The notes below the pieces were generated by a model. The model ran no database searches. It had not been told where the DNA came from and saw only the letters and a list, made by a program, of their open reading frames with translations. A stretch of 63,502 bases of DNA, filler included, from Reticulomyxa filosa (lineage: Eukaryota; Protista; Foraminifera), in the NCBI GenBank assembly GCA_000512085.1. It is 19 parts of 19 records of this genome, joined end to end, with 100 filler letters (N's around TTAATTAATTAA, not from the genome) between each part and the next. Parts side by side here need not be neighbours in the genome. Positions count along the whole stretch, not along the records: positions 36,329 to 44,102 come from ASPP01037266.1; positions 44,203 to 46,686 come from ASPP01000242.1; positions 46,787 to 49,698 come from ASPP01017530.1; positions 49,799 to 60,771 come from ASPP01006241.1; 15 more parts are not named here. The stretch is one strand, 5' to 3'. Each line of letters begins with the position of its first letter. Positions within the stretch are counted from its first letter, which is position 1. The position numbers and the translations under genes were made by a program. This document shows positions 38,478 to 51,500 of this stretch, in pieces.

Positions 38478-39567
38478 CAATGTGGAGTTGTTTTTTTTTT
38501 TTTTGTTTTTTGTTTATTTGTTAATTTGTTAATTTTCTTTATTTTATTTTCTCTTGTGTGTTTTTATTGAGAAGCCCGTTCTTATAAAAAATTCAAAAAC
38601 GCAAAAAAAAAAAAAAGAATTTTTTTTTTTTAGTTTGAGAGGGTTTTTAGTTTTTTTATTTCTATTTTTTATGAGCACTGTCCACTTGCAGCTTGTTACT
38701 TAATTGGGTTGGGAAGACAGAGAGACGTGTTTGGTTGAAAAGATGTAATTTTTTCAGTTTGGGGTTCTTTTTTTTTTTGTCTTTTTCTTTTGTAAAAGTT
38801 TAACCAAATTACGTTTTGACATTGTCGTAGTGTCCAATTTGTCACTTAATTAATCTCAAAAAAAAAAGTTTGTGTGCAAAAGGACACCCCAAAAAAAAAA
38901 GAAAAACGTCTTTTTATTTGTTTCAGTGGTGTTGGTTTGGATCTCTGCAAATATTTATTGTCAGCATTGTTTGTCTTAATGTTTTGGGGAAACTTCAACT
39001 GTACCCCGTAATTATTTCTTTCATTTGTGTGTAATGGTTGTGGTTTATTCGTTGCAAAGTTGTCTCAACAACTGCCAACAAAAAAACGAAGACAAATCCC
39101 GTCCTCTGTCTCTTCTTTCAATTTTTTATTAGCTCTTTTGCGAAGGCAACGGACTTTTTTGAGAAATAATATTAAAAAAAAGAAACCGATGCATGACCCA
39201 AAACTTTCCAAATACTAACATATTTCGAATAGTTGTTGTCGAGAAAATGTACATTTTTTCTGGAAAATTGGAGCTGCGTGTTATATATAAATAGGCTTTC
39301 GTCAAAAAAAAAATAGTATCTGCCATAGAAAGCACTACCTGAAATAGCAAACACGATGGTTTTAATTGAATTAGTGTATTTGATGAACAATTCCACATAG
39401 CTTTGGAAGATTGCCCAGGCATAATATAAATTGTGCGTTTGTAAATGAAGTTAAATAAAATAAATATTCAATTGCACTGCATCTAAAATAAATATAAAAC
39501 AATGAGAGTGGAGCTGGAAAATGTAGGCGGAGGGACTAGAGAAAAGAAAGCTAGAAATTTTTTTAAA

Positions 39568-40539
39568 ATGAGCAATAATAATATTTTGAGTGTCATTACA
39601 AATAATCCTCAGCTCTACCTTTCGCTGAAGCAAAAGGGATTGAATGATGATCAAATATTAACAGTCTTAGAAGTGCAGCAAAAGCAAAAAGAGGAAGAAG
39701 TACAAAAAAAAAAAATGGAAGAGGAAACACTTGCGAAAAAGATGCTAATTGCCAAAGCACTTGAGAAAAGGTACAATGGTAAAATAACAGCTGAAAGTCT
39801 GATGCCTTTATCAATGGAAAAATTGATCCACCTGTTTCAATCAACAACTGATGCTTCCGCTTCAAGTGCATCCGACAAGTCGAAAGTTAAGAATTTTTTT
39901 TTAAAAGAAAAAAAAGAGGTTTTTTTAAAAAAAAGGGTTTTAAAAAAAAAGAAAAATGTAACAGAAGAAAAAAGTGCAGCAAATGACTCCATGAGCACAT
40001 TGCTGAAATCATTGAAATCCACATCTCTCTCAACAAGCAATGACAATGACGAGAACGAGAACTTGAACCCAAAAAAACATGTTTCAAAAAGTAACGCTAG
40101 CAGCGACAAAGTGGAGGAGAATAACAATAACAACAACAATAATAATAATGCTTCACTTGATTCGCTCGCTCGAGAGGAAGATTGGTCTCGTATGTCATTG
40201 TCGCAGTTACGTGTACGTTGTCGAGAAATGAGTAATGAGAACCAATTGTTGAAACAAGAATTAGGTTTGTACAAAGGTGGGGACAAAATGCAATTGGCGA
40301 CTCTGAGCTTGGAGGAATTGAATAATATTTATTTGAACTTACAAAAGGCTATTCAAACTGTTAAACAACAATTGGATAGCAAATATTATTTGAAATTTGT
40401 TTGTCCACAATGTCGTGATCGGAACAAAGACACTGTCATCGTGCCTTGTGGACATTCTTTTTGTGCCCAATGTTTGGAAGTGTCCAGTGAATGTCCACAG
40501 TGTATGCAATCCATCTTGCGTACGGTCCCTTTGGTCTGA
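39568..40539 (+). CDS. Coiled-coil protein with C-terminal C3HC4 RING (IAP/Unkempt-type), probable E3 ligase
   Basis: CPQCRDRNKDTVIVPCGHSFCAQC...CPQC at the C-terminus, preceded by a LATLSLEEL coiled coil. Confidence 0.85.
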   Translation: MSNNNILSVITNNPQLYLSLKQKGLNDDQILTVLEVQQKQKEEEVQKKKMEEETLAKKMLIAKALEKRYNGKITAESLMPLSMEKLIHLFQSTTDASASSASDKSKVKNFFLKEKKEVFLKKRVLKKKKNVTEEKSAANDSMSTLLKSLKSTSLSTSNDNDENENLNPKKHVSKSNASSDKVEENNNNNNNNNNASLDSLAREEDWSRMSLSQLRVRCREMSNENQLLKQELGLYKGGDKMQLATLSLEELNNIYLNLQKAIQTVKQQLDSKYYLKFVCPQCRDRNKDTVIVPCGHSFCAQCLEVSSECPQCMQSILRTVPLV

Positions 40540-41348
40540 CAATTTTTTTTTTTTTTTTGGCAAAAGAGGCAATAAACATAGGACTCCCTTTGTCATGTTT
40601 TTTTGGTTTTTATGAAAATGTTTGGGAAGGAGATTGTTCTTTTGCGTTTTTTCCCTTCAAATGATTAATATAAGTATGTTGCCGCAGGAAAACAGATACA
40701 GTAAACTCAACACTAACAATCATTCTTTTGTTGTTTCAAAGTCTTTTCATTGCTTTTTAGTTAACACTGCAAATATTGTCATCTTTGGCATTGGAATTGC
40801 CATTACAGAAAGATCCTTTCACTAAGCTAATATGCTGATGGTATAATTTGAAAAGAGGGGGATCAATTAGTAAAACACTGGTTATGTGTACAGAAAATCT
40901 GACCACTATCTTTATTGATTGGAAAAAACCTAATAAAATTGAGCAAATTGTTGGCGCAGCTTGAACAGGCATTGAAAACAGTTAGCGGTGAAATAATACA
41001 AATGTTCCATGTACAAAAAAAAAATGCATAGTCAGTTCTCACATTTTCGATTGTATCTTTCGTACGTCTACTGAAATAATGACATTCATTCAATTTGCTT
41101 CGTGTGGATCAGAAATGTGACAATTATGGCATGGCAGTGATTATCCTTAAGTTTTGCCAAAAAAGATTTAAGGATGATAACTGAGGGTCAATTCAAGAAA
41201 CAAATGAACAGGAATTACCACGTTTAAAAAAACTCTTAAAAAAAAAACTCTTAAAAAAAAAACTACTTAAAAAAAAAATACTAAAAAAAAACGCTAAAAC
41301 TCATAACCTTTAAGATTGATAATCAAACCTTAAAGGAGAAAAAAAAAG

Positions 41349-43695
41349 ATGAACACAGAAGAGGACGAAAAAAAGGAAGAAGAAGTAAATACTGCAGTGA
41401 TTCCAGTTTCCTTTGACCAGTCGTGTTTTGACAAATATTGGATACTTCAGTCAAATAAAAAAGAACAAATTAATTATTTCACTTGTTTAATTTGCAAACA
41501 AGTTGCAAATTATCCACTTGAAATTACTTGTCCTGAACACAAACATATGGACGAATTATTGATTGTTGGGAAGCGTTGCTTGCAACAATTTTTCGATAAT
41601 AATAATAACACTTGTCCAATCCAATCTCATGATGGTTGTCAGTATCGTGACATGAAACAGTTGCTACAAATCAGCAATTTAACTGTGATATGTCCACGTC
41701 AATTTCAACTAGATTTGGAAACGTCTGGGATTAGTGAAGAAGGAACAGAAGGAAAAAAATTAATAAGGCCAATATGTAATTTCAAAGGGAATATGAAAGA
41801 GTTAATTGAACATTTACGTAATTCCTGTCCATTGCAATTGCTTACATGTTGGTTCCACTCTTTTGGATGTGATCATTTATGTCTTAAGGAATTGTTGGAG
41901 GAACATTTGGCTTTACAGAAGAAATATCATTTTGATTTGGTTATCAAACATCTTGGATCATTACAACAAAAAATCCAATATTCTCAAGTTTGTTATCTTG
42001 TCTTTCAGGTTTATAAAGTAATAACAAACGAATAATATCTATATGTTATGAAAATAGGAAGAGTCAACAAAATTGCAAGCTGAAAATCAAACATTAAAGT
42101 CAGAAATAGAACTAAAAGTTAACAAATCGAATAAAGTAATTCATTCAGAAAATGACGAAATTCAACAATTGAAAGATCAGCTCAGACAAGAAAAAATCCA
42201 ACATGAAAATGCCCTTGAATCACTGGAGATTGATTTTACTGAAAAAGAAAAACAAACTAACGAACTAACAAAATTATTGAAAGAAAAGGACAAACAAATT
42301 GATCAATTTAAAGAACAAAGCAAAAACAATAACAGCTTATTCAAAGGGTATCAAAATAATTGCAATATCTGTTTGATATTTTTAGTTTTAGCTATCATTT
42401 TGTCATTATATAATGCAATTCCTGTTCATTGGTATACTTATTCAGGAGATTATTATTATAATAATAAACAATATGACAAAGCTATTGAATACTATAAAAA
42501 AGAATTGAAAATGATATTGAATGTTTTTGAAACAAATCACAAGAAGATTGCTTTGTTGTACAGTGACTTAGGAAATTCATATTACAAGAATGATCAGTGG
42601 AATAATGCTATTGAAAATTTCGAAAATGCATTAAAACATGGATTTGATGATGATGCCAAGCCGACACGAGCTAATGTTGCGAACTCATACAATAATTTAG
42701 GAAAAAATTATGACAATAAAAAAATGCACGACAAGGCAATTGAGCACTATGAAAAGGCATTGGAAATAAGATTGAATATTTTCGGAACAAATCATTCAGA
42801 TGTCGCTTGGTCGTATTATAATTTGGCAAATTCCTATAATAATAATCGTCAATGGGATATTGCTATTCAGCATTATCAAAATGCACTGAATAATGGATTT
42901 AATGACACCAAATTGATACAGGTTAGTATTGCCAATTTGTACAATAAGACAGGAAATTTCTACTATAAGGAAAATCAATATGATGAAGCTATTAAAAATT
43001 ATGAAAATGCATTCAAATATGGATTAGATGATGCCAAGTTTGCACGGATTAATGTTGCTAACTCATACGATCATTTAGGAGAAGATTATTTCTATAAAGA
43101 AATATACGATAAGGCAATTGAATACCATGAAAAAGCATTGAAAATAAGGCTGGATATTTTTGGAACAAATCATTCAGATGTCGCCTGGTCATATAATAAT
43201 TTGGGAAATTCCTATCGCGAAAATAAACAACCTGACAAAGCTATTGAAAATCATGAAAAAGCTTTGAAAATAAGATTAGACATTTTTGGAGCTAATGACT
43301 CACATGTTTCCGATTCCTATAATAATTTAGGTAGTCCTTATTACGATAACGGACAATACATCAAAGCAATAGAATATTTCAAAAAATCATTGGAAATAAA
43401 TTTACTTATTGCTGGGACAAACGATCCAAGTGTCGCTAATTTGTATAATAATTTAGGACTTGCTTATGCCGAGAGTAAACAATATGACAAAGCTATTGAA
43501 CACCATAAAATAGCATTGGAGATAAGGAAGGAAATATTTGGAGACACAAATAAGTTAGTTGGTCATTCCAATTGGAATTTGGGAATAGTATTCGAAAACA
43601 AAAAAGAAGAGAACACAGCTTTGGAATATTATACAGAAGCATATAACATCTACAGTAAGGTATTGGGAGAGTTACACACAGATACATTAGTGTAA
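41349..43695 (+). CDS. RING/TRAF-type zinc finger - coiled coil - transmembrane - TPR-repeat protein; intron 41988-42057; about 758 aa
   Basis: CLICKQVA..CPEH..C..CP, CNFKG...H...CP...CWF..FGC...H. Hydrophobic ICLIFLVLAIILSLY. About 10 TPRs (A.SYNNLG..Y...YDKAIE.HEKAL.IR). Confidence 0.9.
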
Positions 43696-44202
43696 AAAAA
43701 AAGTTAATGACATAAAGGGATAGTGATGAAATAATGAACATATGTTTGTGCCGATTTTTTTCTTGTAAAGTGAATTCATTTGCATCATCTTATGTAGTCC
43801 CTTTCTTAATAAAATAACAAAAAGTATATGACACTCATGTCCTTGCATATTTTGCCAAACATGCAAATAAAAAAAAGAATAAAGCAATTAATCACTCAAA
43901 GTTTCCACTTTTTCTTTTGAGTTTAATGTTTCTGTATCCCATTCTCCTAATACTTTACTGTATATTTTCCATGATTCTTCAAAATATTTACATGCATTTT
44001 TATTTTCCTGTAATTTGAAAAATGCATCCTAAACTCCAACAAGAATCGGCAGTATCTTTATCCATGTTCTTACATAGTTTTTTTCTTATTTTTAATGCAT
44101 TTNNNNNNNNNNNNNNNNNNNNNNNNNNNNNNNNNNNNNNNNNNNNTTAATTAATTAANNNNNNNNNNNNNNNNNNNNNNNNNNNNNNNNNNNNNNNNNN
44201 NN

Positions 44203-46686
44203 TGCAAACTCCTGGTAACTGAAATAGTAACTCTTTTACTGGCAACGGCGACTTGTGTGATAGGGTATCGATCATTGTTTAGCCTTAAGAGTGTTCGAAG
44301 CTTTCGGGAAATTGACATTCTCGAGGCAAATACCTGTCTTTTGTGTTTGGCAGAACTCCGAGGGTCGGGTAATTTATACTGAATCTCGGGCAAAACCGAA
44401 ACACACTCGCTGATAACAATGCTTGTGAAGGCGATCCGGACGGCCGAGGCAAGGTGTTTTTACCCTAATCGGCTCTACTGCAAGCCATGTTGGGACAAAA
44501 TACTCCACTTGGAATTAGTTCAAGAATCCAATCTAATGATAAGGCAGACATGTTAACTACACTTCAGAACATGTCTTCCACTGGTGAATTATCAAATGCC
44601 AGTACTCATGGCATTGTAAATAGATATGGAGTTGGAAATGGAATTGGATATGGTATTGATATGTCCGACACCAGACGTCGAATAATGACATGACGTCGAT
44701 ACAAATGGCACAAGGCGAATAGATATAAAACGAAAGACATCAGATGATGGATTAAAAGATAAAATTGCAAAGAAAGCAAAGCATCAATAATCGACGTTTC
44801 AAGTTGTATTCAAAGCGCAAGTATGCAACAAAAGAAGATTGATGAAATCACATTTGAAGATGTGTGGAAGAAAAACATGCAAATCGGCGACAATTCCTGT
44901 GTACGAATACGCCAACGATTGCTGTCACTCTAATCAAGCCCAAAGGACTTAAATCAGCACTCGGTGATTAAGTTCCTTGGATTAAGAAATAAGAATATGT
45001 TGTCAGAAAAGTATTAGCGCATACATTTTCTAGAAATTTCCGGACATTATTTGTTCATTTTGCAGTTGATGTTAATGAGCAGAAACTAATTCAACTAGTT
45101 CATAACTTCAATGATGAGAAGGATGGACAAATAGAACAAAAGAAAATTAAGATAGTAAACATATTGTAAGGCAGCCAAGATGTGACATTTATCGAAAGAC
45201 ATTCGCTGCTGAACAAAAGAAAAAGCGAGAAGAAGTATTGACTAATCCTGAAGTGAATAGATATGCCCTGCTTCGAGGAGTATCAACCCGCGAAAGCGAT
45301 GATAAAATCAAGGAGACATCCTGAAGAAGAAGGCATCAACCAATTCCAATTAAATTAAATGTGCAGCGACAACCAAAGAATTATTCTTATACTGATGCTG
45401 CCAAAGGATAATAAGTGTCAAATGGAAATGAATAGAAAGGTCAAATGGAAATGAATAGAAAGAAGAATAAAAGAAAGAATAACAAAGATCAAAGGCTGCA
45501 GAATGAGAACCAGAACAAAGGCCCAAACATTAGAACAAAATTTGCATCAGAATCTGTTTATTGCAAGAAGGATTTAGATCAAAGAAGAAAGACGTTGATT
45601 ATAATTTCCAGTATCTTTAAAAAAAATATATATCCCCTTTCATCATTGGCAAACTAAAAGCCACAATTGAGACAAAAGGGAAGGGCAAGATGCCGACCGG
45701 AAAATTAAATGGCGGATTAACATACGCGGAGGCACAACGCGAGGAACCAAAGGCCCGGAAACCAAATTTTTTTTAGGGAAAACATTTGTTAAATTTCAAA
45801 TTTATTTTGATTTGGTTTTGTTAATTTGGGGGTTGATATTGTTATTAATTTTATTTTTTATTGTCTTAAGGAAGAATAATACGTCACAGCAGAATGAAGA
45901 GAGGGGGACACCTCATATTCTTGCACAACGGACACTCAGTCACTCCACTGAGCATGCTATTATATCTTCGTACAAGGGAAATTTAAATTTTTAACATTTT
46001 GATTTTGGACAACCAACATTCACAACTTGCAACTGACCTTATTGATTTTTCCTTTTCAAATTTCTAAGTAAAAACCAATTTTTTATTTTATTTTGTTTCA
46101 ACACTTTAATGCAAAATTGTAATTATTGAAAATTTGAGTCTTTCCTTGTTTTGTTTTGTTTTCTTTTACGAAAGCTGATAAGAGTGCATCACATTCAGAA
46201 ATCAAAACAAGAGGAAATTCCCAAAGATAAAATTGCGAAAGAATGCAATTATGTAAAGTATCTTGGATTGTTTCTTGATTCTCACATGACTTATTCCAAG
46301 CATGTTAATTACAGCTATGGCAAAGCAGCAAGGAAATTTGGATATTTGACATACTTATGTTCATACAAAGGTATCAGACCAAATTTATACATATATAATC
46401 TATTATACAAGATCATCATTCGCGAGTCTCGAGTATGCATCGCATTTTGGAATGGCGCAGCAGACACATAAGAGACATACAAAGAATTGCAAAAAAATAT
46501 CCCCTTGTCATCATTGGCAAACTCAAGCCAAAAGTAGGGATACAAAGCGCGTCTTAGGGAAGGGACAAATGTCCAAATACATCATCTCCCATGGCGAAAT
46601 GGCGAAAAAAAGTTTTCAACATTCAAAATGCGGAGCCCAAACGTGGATTACAGTTTCTGGCAATAGTCTTCATTGAGACTTTAATG
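44203..46686 (+). mobile_element. Decayed non-LTR retrotransposon (LINE-like): 5' leader, broken ORF1, RT thumb fragment
   Basis: YVKYLGLFLDSHMTYSKHVNY..GKA...LYKIIIR (about 46250-46450) is the non-LTR RT C-terminal signature. Many stops. 5' part is repeated at 60286-60771. Confidence 0.8.
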
Positions 46687-48636
46687 NNNNNNNNNNNNNN
46701 NNNNNNNNNNNNNNNNNNNNNNNNNNNNNNTTAATTAATTAANNNNNNNNNNNNNNNNNNNNNNNNNNNNNNNNNNNNNNNNNNNNGCGTTCAGTTTTAT
46801 TTGCAACTTACTGTATTTTTTCCTTTCTTTTTTCTTTCACTGTTCACCTTTGTATTTGTGATTATCGTCTGTACTCAATACATTGAAAAAGATTTTTCTT
46901 ATCTTAGTTAATTTATTAAAATGAAAAGTTTCTCAGCATTCTTATCAAAAATGTTTCATAACTACTGAAAATGCTAATTTAAAACATATATAAAAATTCT
47001 TGCAAGCTATTAACATTATTTCTAATGTTTCCACTTCACAAAAATCACTTGTTATTTCTTTTAAAAATACTAACAGTTTTAACTTCAACTATCAAATGAT
47101 AAATAAACTTTTTATTGCTTGTTTGATATGTGGTTGTTAAGAGACTATAGTCGCAAAATAAAATCGATCAAAAAGTTCATTTCCAGTTGTTTTTTTCTGA
47201 TTAAATAATTATTTGATCAAATGTGATGTTGTATTTTTCTTAATTATCGGTTTTTGTTCTTTCAAGTAATCGCTTGGAGCAAAAACATAATTAAGCAGCA
47301 TGGATATTTTGTTTGGCATGAGAATTGATGTTCTTATCTGCGCTTTTTTGAATAATGTAAATATTGTAATTAATAAGTTGTTGTATCTGATTATTTGATT
47401 TGATTAATTAAAACAAAAAGATTGTTTTTGTGGATGCAACAATGTATAAGATATGGTTATGACATGAAGCAAATTTTTGAGAACAATCATCAAGTAGTTT
47501 GTTTTGGATTGTATGAATTTAATTGATAGAAGGAAACTTTTTTACGATAAGTACTGTTTAGGGAGAGGTTGTTTTTTTGTTTGCCTTTCAGACAACAGCA
47601 ATTCTTGTACTAGTATACCTTTTGGTAGCGTCAATCAGTATACAAGCTGATAAGCGATGGCATGCTCAACTAAAACTCCAAACATAAAAAATTACGATAT
47701 CTGACATAGCAATATGGTACGAAGAAAATACATATGTGTATTGTACACTTTCAAATTTAAATTTTTCATCATTCAAAAATCCATTTGATGCATTAATAAA
47801 AACATTTGTGATTGTAAAACTAATGCAATTACTGCACAGTCACAATGTCTTTTAGATTTTTCTGGTGTCCGTCCATTAAAAAAAAGTTATCTCTAAATAG
47901 GCAAAGAATATCACATGTGTGTGCACAACTACAAAAAATTTTAAAACCAAAAGTGATAAGCTCATGTGGAGAAATGCTTGGTAAGCACTGGGAGATGATG
48001 GATTCAAACAAAGGAAAGATTCGTAACAAAATGTTGCAAAAGGGAAAAACCTTTTTCAAGTTTACAAAACTTTCGTAATCGACAATCACAAATAACTGAA
48101 AAAAATACAGTGTTTTATCTATAATCATAATATTTTCATATTTTGCGGATGTACTGTTTGTAAGATTGACCTTTTTTGCGATCGATATCCATAAGGATAA
48201 CGAGTGCATGAGTATTTATTTGTTAATTCAAGTGTCAAGGCCTGAAGAAGTTTGCTATTGTTATTTTTAAAAATTATTAAAAATATTCTGCCAAGTTTTG
48301 AAGGGATGAAAGGAGAGAGAAATAGGCTGTTTTAAATTGTGCAATATTTGTCAGATTTGTTTAAAAAAATTAAAACTTAAAACTAAAACAAAACAAGGAA
48401 AAAAAAACTCAAAAACAAAAAATTCCGACAAGCACGTGCAAAAAATAATAACACGTAAATCGATATGCAAATTCCATATTAAAAAACCTACAAATCATCA
48501 TTTGCAATGAATTGTAGTTCAAAACAAATGAGCGAATTAGCAATCCAAAAAACATTTAAATGACAACAAAGAAAAATTACTTTTTTAAAAATTTTTTCTC
48601 ATAAATAAATGTGGTTAAGAAAAATGGATAAATAGA

Positions 48637-49698
48637 CTAATATGCGCAATTGGGTGGCAATGGGATCATCAACCACTCGGAGTTGGATCTTGACCAAGAC
48701 AGCTCCCTCTCTTTTTCGGAATGAAAGTCGAAGTGGTCTGTGTTTTCAATGTTGATTGTGCAATTGTGCGTCGTAATCTGAAACGAACAGCTGTTTTCCG
48801 ATTCGTTGCGTTTTTGAGGCTCCATATCGTTCATCTCCTTTTCAATATCTTGAAAGACGGCACATTGCGAATGCGCTGTCAAAGACGGAGATTGGCAAGG
48901 AGAAGATTCCATGGCTTGTCTATTATCGGAATGGCTCTGAAGTTGAGTCTTGCGTTCACTATTCACTCGGTTTTGACTTGGCGTAGTGCAAAATGTATCC
49001 GCAATTATATTTGCATTGGTATTGATATTGACACTGTTCTTGACTTGGGGCATCATGCCTGCGCATGGGCTTGCACATGGACTTGCACATGTGTCTATGC
49101 TTGGACCTGCGTTAACCCCTTTTGCATTGCCATTGGTATGTTCGTCACAAGTTATAGTTGGAATGTTCTCTACATTGCTGTGCGAAAGTACGGTATTCTC
49201 GCAAGGTGTTTCGTTTTTTGGAACGCATGATAACGTGTCGCAAACTGCTTCCGTTGTCTTTGTTTCTGTCAAGTCCGCATTAGAAGGGATTTCTACAACT
49301 TTGGGGCTCACTGACATTTTTTTTTTTTTTTTTTAAAAAAAAAAATTCATTTAAAAAAAAAAAAAAAAAAGAATTAAAAAAAAATAAAGAAAAATACCAG
49401 TGATAATGTCAGAAGGAGAGGTGGAAGAACACAATAGCCATCGTTGGCCATCATTCCATTGGATGACAAGTGGATGTGCATTTGCACTTGGATCGACTTT
49501 GCCTCGGAAGACGGTTTGTTGAAATGTGTAAACAATTTCATCCACAGCAGCCAGTACGTAGGGGCAAATCGCTTTCTGTCCATTTTCCATCTCATGTTCC
49601 AAAGTACCGTTGTTAAAAACATTAATCCGCATCCCTTTGTTGTTGGAATATTCGCCGACGTATTTCTGATATCCTGTTATTATCGCACACACACACAC
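48637..49698 (-). CDS. Hypothetical protein, C-terminal two exons
   Basis: ORFs 49351-49698 and 48637-49317 separated by a poly-T/poly-A intron-like segment. Confidence 0.55.
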
Positions 49699-51500
49699 NN
49701 NNNNNNNNNNNNNNNNNNNNNNNNNNNNNNNNNNNNNNNNNNTTAATTAATTAANNNNNNNNNNNNNNNNNNNNNNNNNNNNNNNNNNNNNNNNNNNNTT
49801 GTGCGATGCTTTGAAATGTCTAAATATTTATATATATACTATTGTTAATTTGTTGTCCAACACTGGCACTGTCAGTTGATTGTGTCAAATGCTGCTAATT
49901 AAAAAGATAATATAAAAAATTAGATGTTACTCAGTATTTGGCAGCAATTCGTGTTGTTGTTTTAGTGGATAATACTGGTCGTTGTGGTTATTCTTTTTGT
50001 GTTAATGTGGCTATTCATTTTGCAGTTTTATCCAGCGTTTTTCCTGTGCACGTGTTGTTCCAGTGGTCACTATGCGTCCTTGTGATTCTTTAGCATGTTC
50101 ATGTTACTCTTTTCTTGGTGCAAGTATTTGTTTTCCCGGTGAGCTCTTGTTGCCTGAGACGAGACACTGTTGCTGGTTTATAATCGACTTATCCAAATAG
50201 CCACGATACAATGGGGGCAATTCGAATAAAATTGTTGCGTTCGGTACCAAGTATGTTGTGTCGAATTGATAACATTTTAAGTTGTGAGTGATTAAAATGT
50301 AGTTGTAGTGATTATAGTGGTAGTTGGTATCCACATTGTAGTGTTTGCAAAAAAAAGCTTATAGTATCATCGCATTGCTCATTATAGCTAAAAATACTGT
50401 ATACAGTCCAAGAGTCAATTTAAGCACACAAGATTATTTTGCGATAACTTTTAATCATAATATGCACCAATCGGTATCACTCGAAAACGAAGTTCAAGTG
50501 CGTTAGTCTCGAAATTATTGAATGATCCAATTTTACTATCATCAATATCAATGAACATAGCTTTGCTCATTTCATTGCAATTGACGACTAGCTATTGCTT
50601 GCAAAAGTATCACTCATTCTTTTTTTTTTTAGTCATGTATTATTCGTCAGTGTCTAACTAATTCAAACGGATTGTCCTAATATTTTGCTTAACTTCGACA
50701 TCATTGCATACGAAAGTGCAAAGAATGGGAAACTAGTTTCGATTGATGAACTTGCTATTTGGGCAAGATCATAAGACTGGTCTCAAATTGCTAACAATTT
50801 TTGCAATAATGCGTGGGGAATCAGTGTCATGAATGACATAAGTTTTAGTTGGCTAATGGAAAAAAACAATTTTGCAACAGTTAATTTTATATTACAACAC
50901 TGCAACATCTTACTACTTGTTTACTGTTTTCCAAAAACAATTATTTGTTGTAAGGGGTGAGTGCTTAATGATAAATAAAATTATTTCATAGTGTGCTTTT
51001 TTAATGTTTCAAAGATTAATGATAATTATACCTCCCAAAGAACAATTGCAAATACGGAGAGTTGCTCATTAAAAGTTTTTTAAAAACACAAACATATCCA
51101 ATGTTTCAATCTTTTTATAGAAAACTTTGAAAATATTTATAAAATAGATTTCTTTAATTGTATAAGGAATGTGTACCTTTGAACAACTTTTAAATTCGCA
51201 GTGATTTTAGTGATATTTTCATATTCTTGCCAGCAACTCTTCATTATACAGCAAGAATCCAAAAAGCTTTTTTAACAACAGCTGTCGGCTGCTTAATTTT
51301 AGTATTCTTTTTATATTGGTCTACACACAACCAAAAGTATGCAATTTTTTAAAATTGAGGCATACTTTGCAATTTCGATAATTATACAGAATTGACACTG
51401 AAAACAAAACTGCATTATATGTCCGCAACTTTGGTTACAGACGTAAACTTGAAAAAGACTGAATTCTTCCTTTTTACAAAATTTTTCTATAAAAGCTTGC

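Noticed and set aside
44379-44402. Hammerhead ribozyme core (CTGA...stem...GAAAC) in the LINE leader
   Set aside because: Neither copy has CUGANGA, and stems I and III could not be built.
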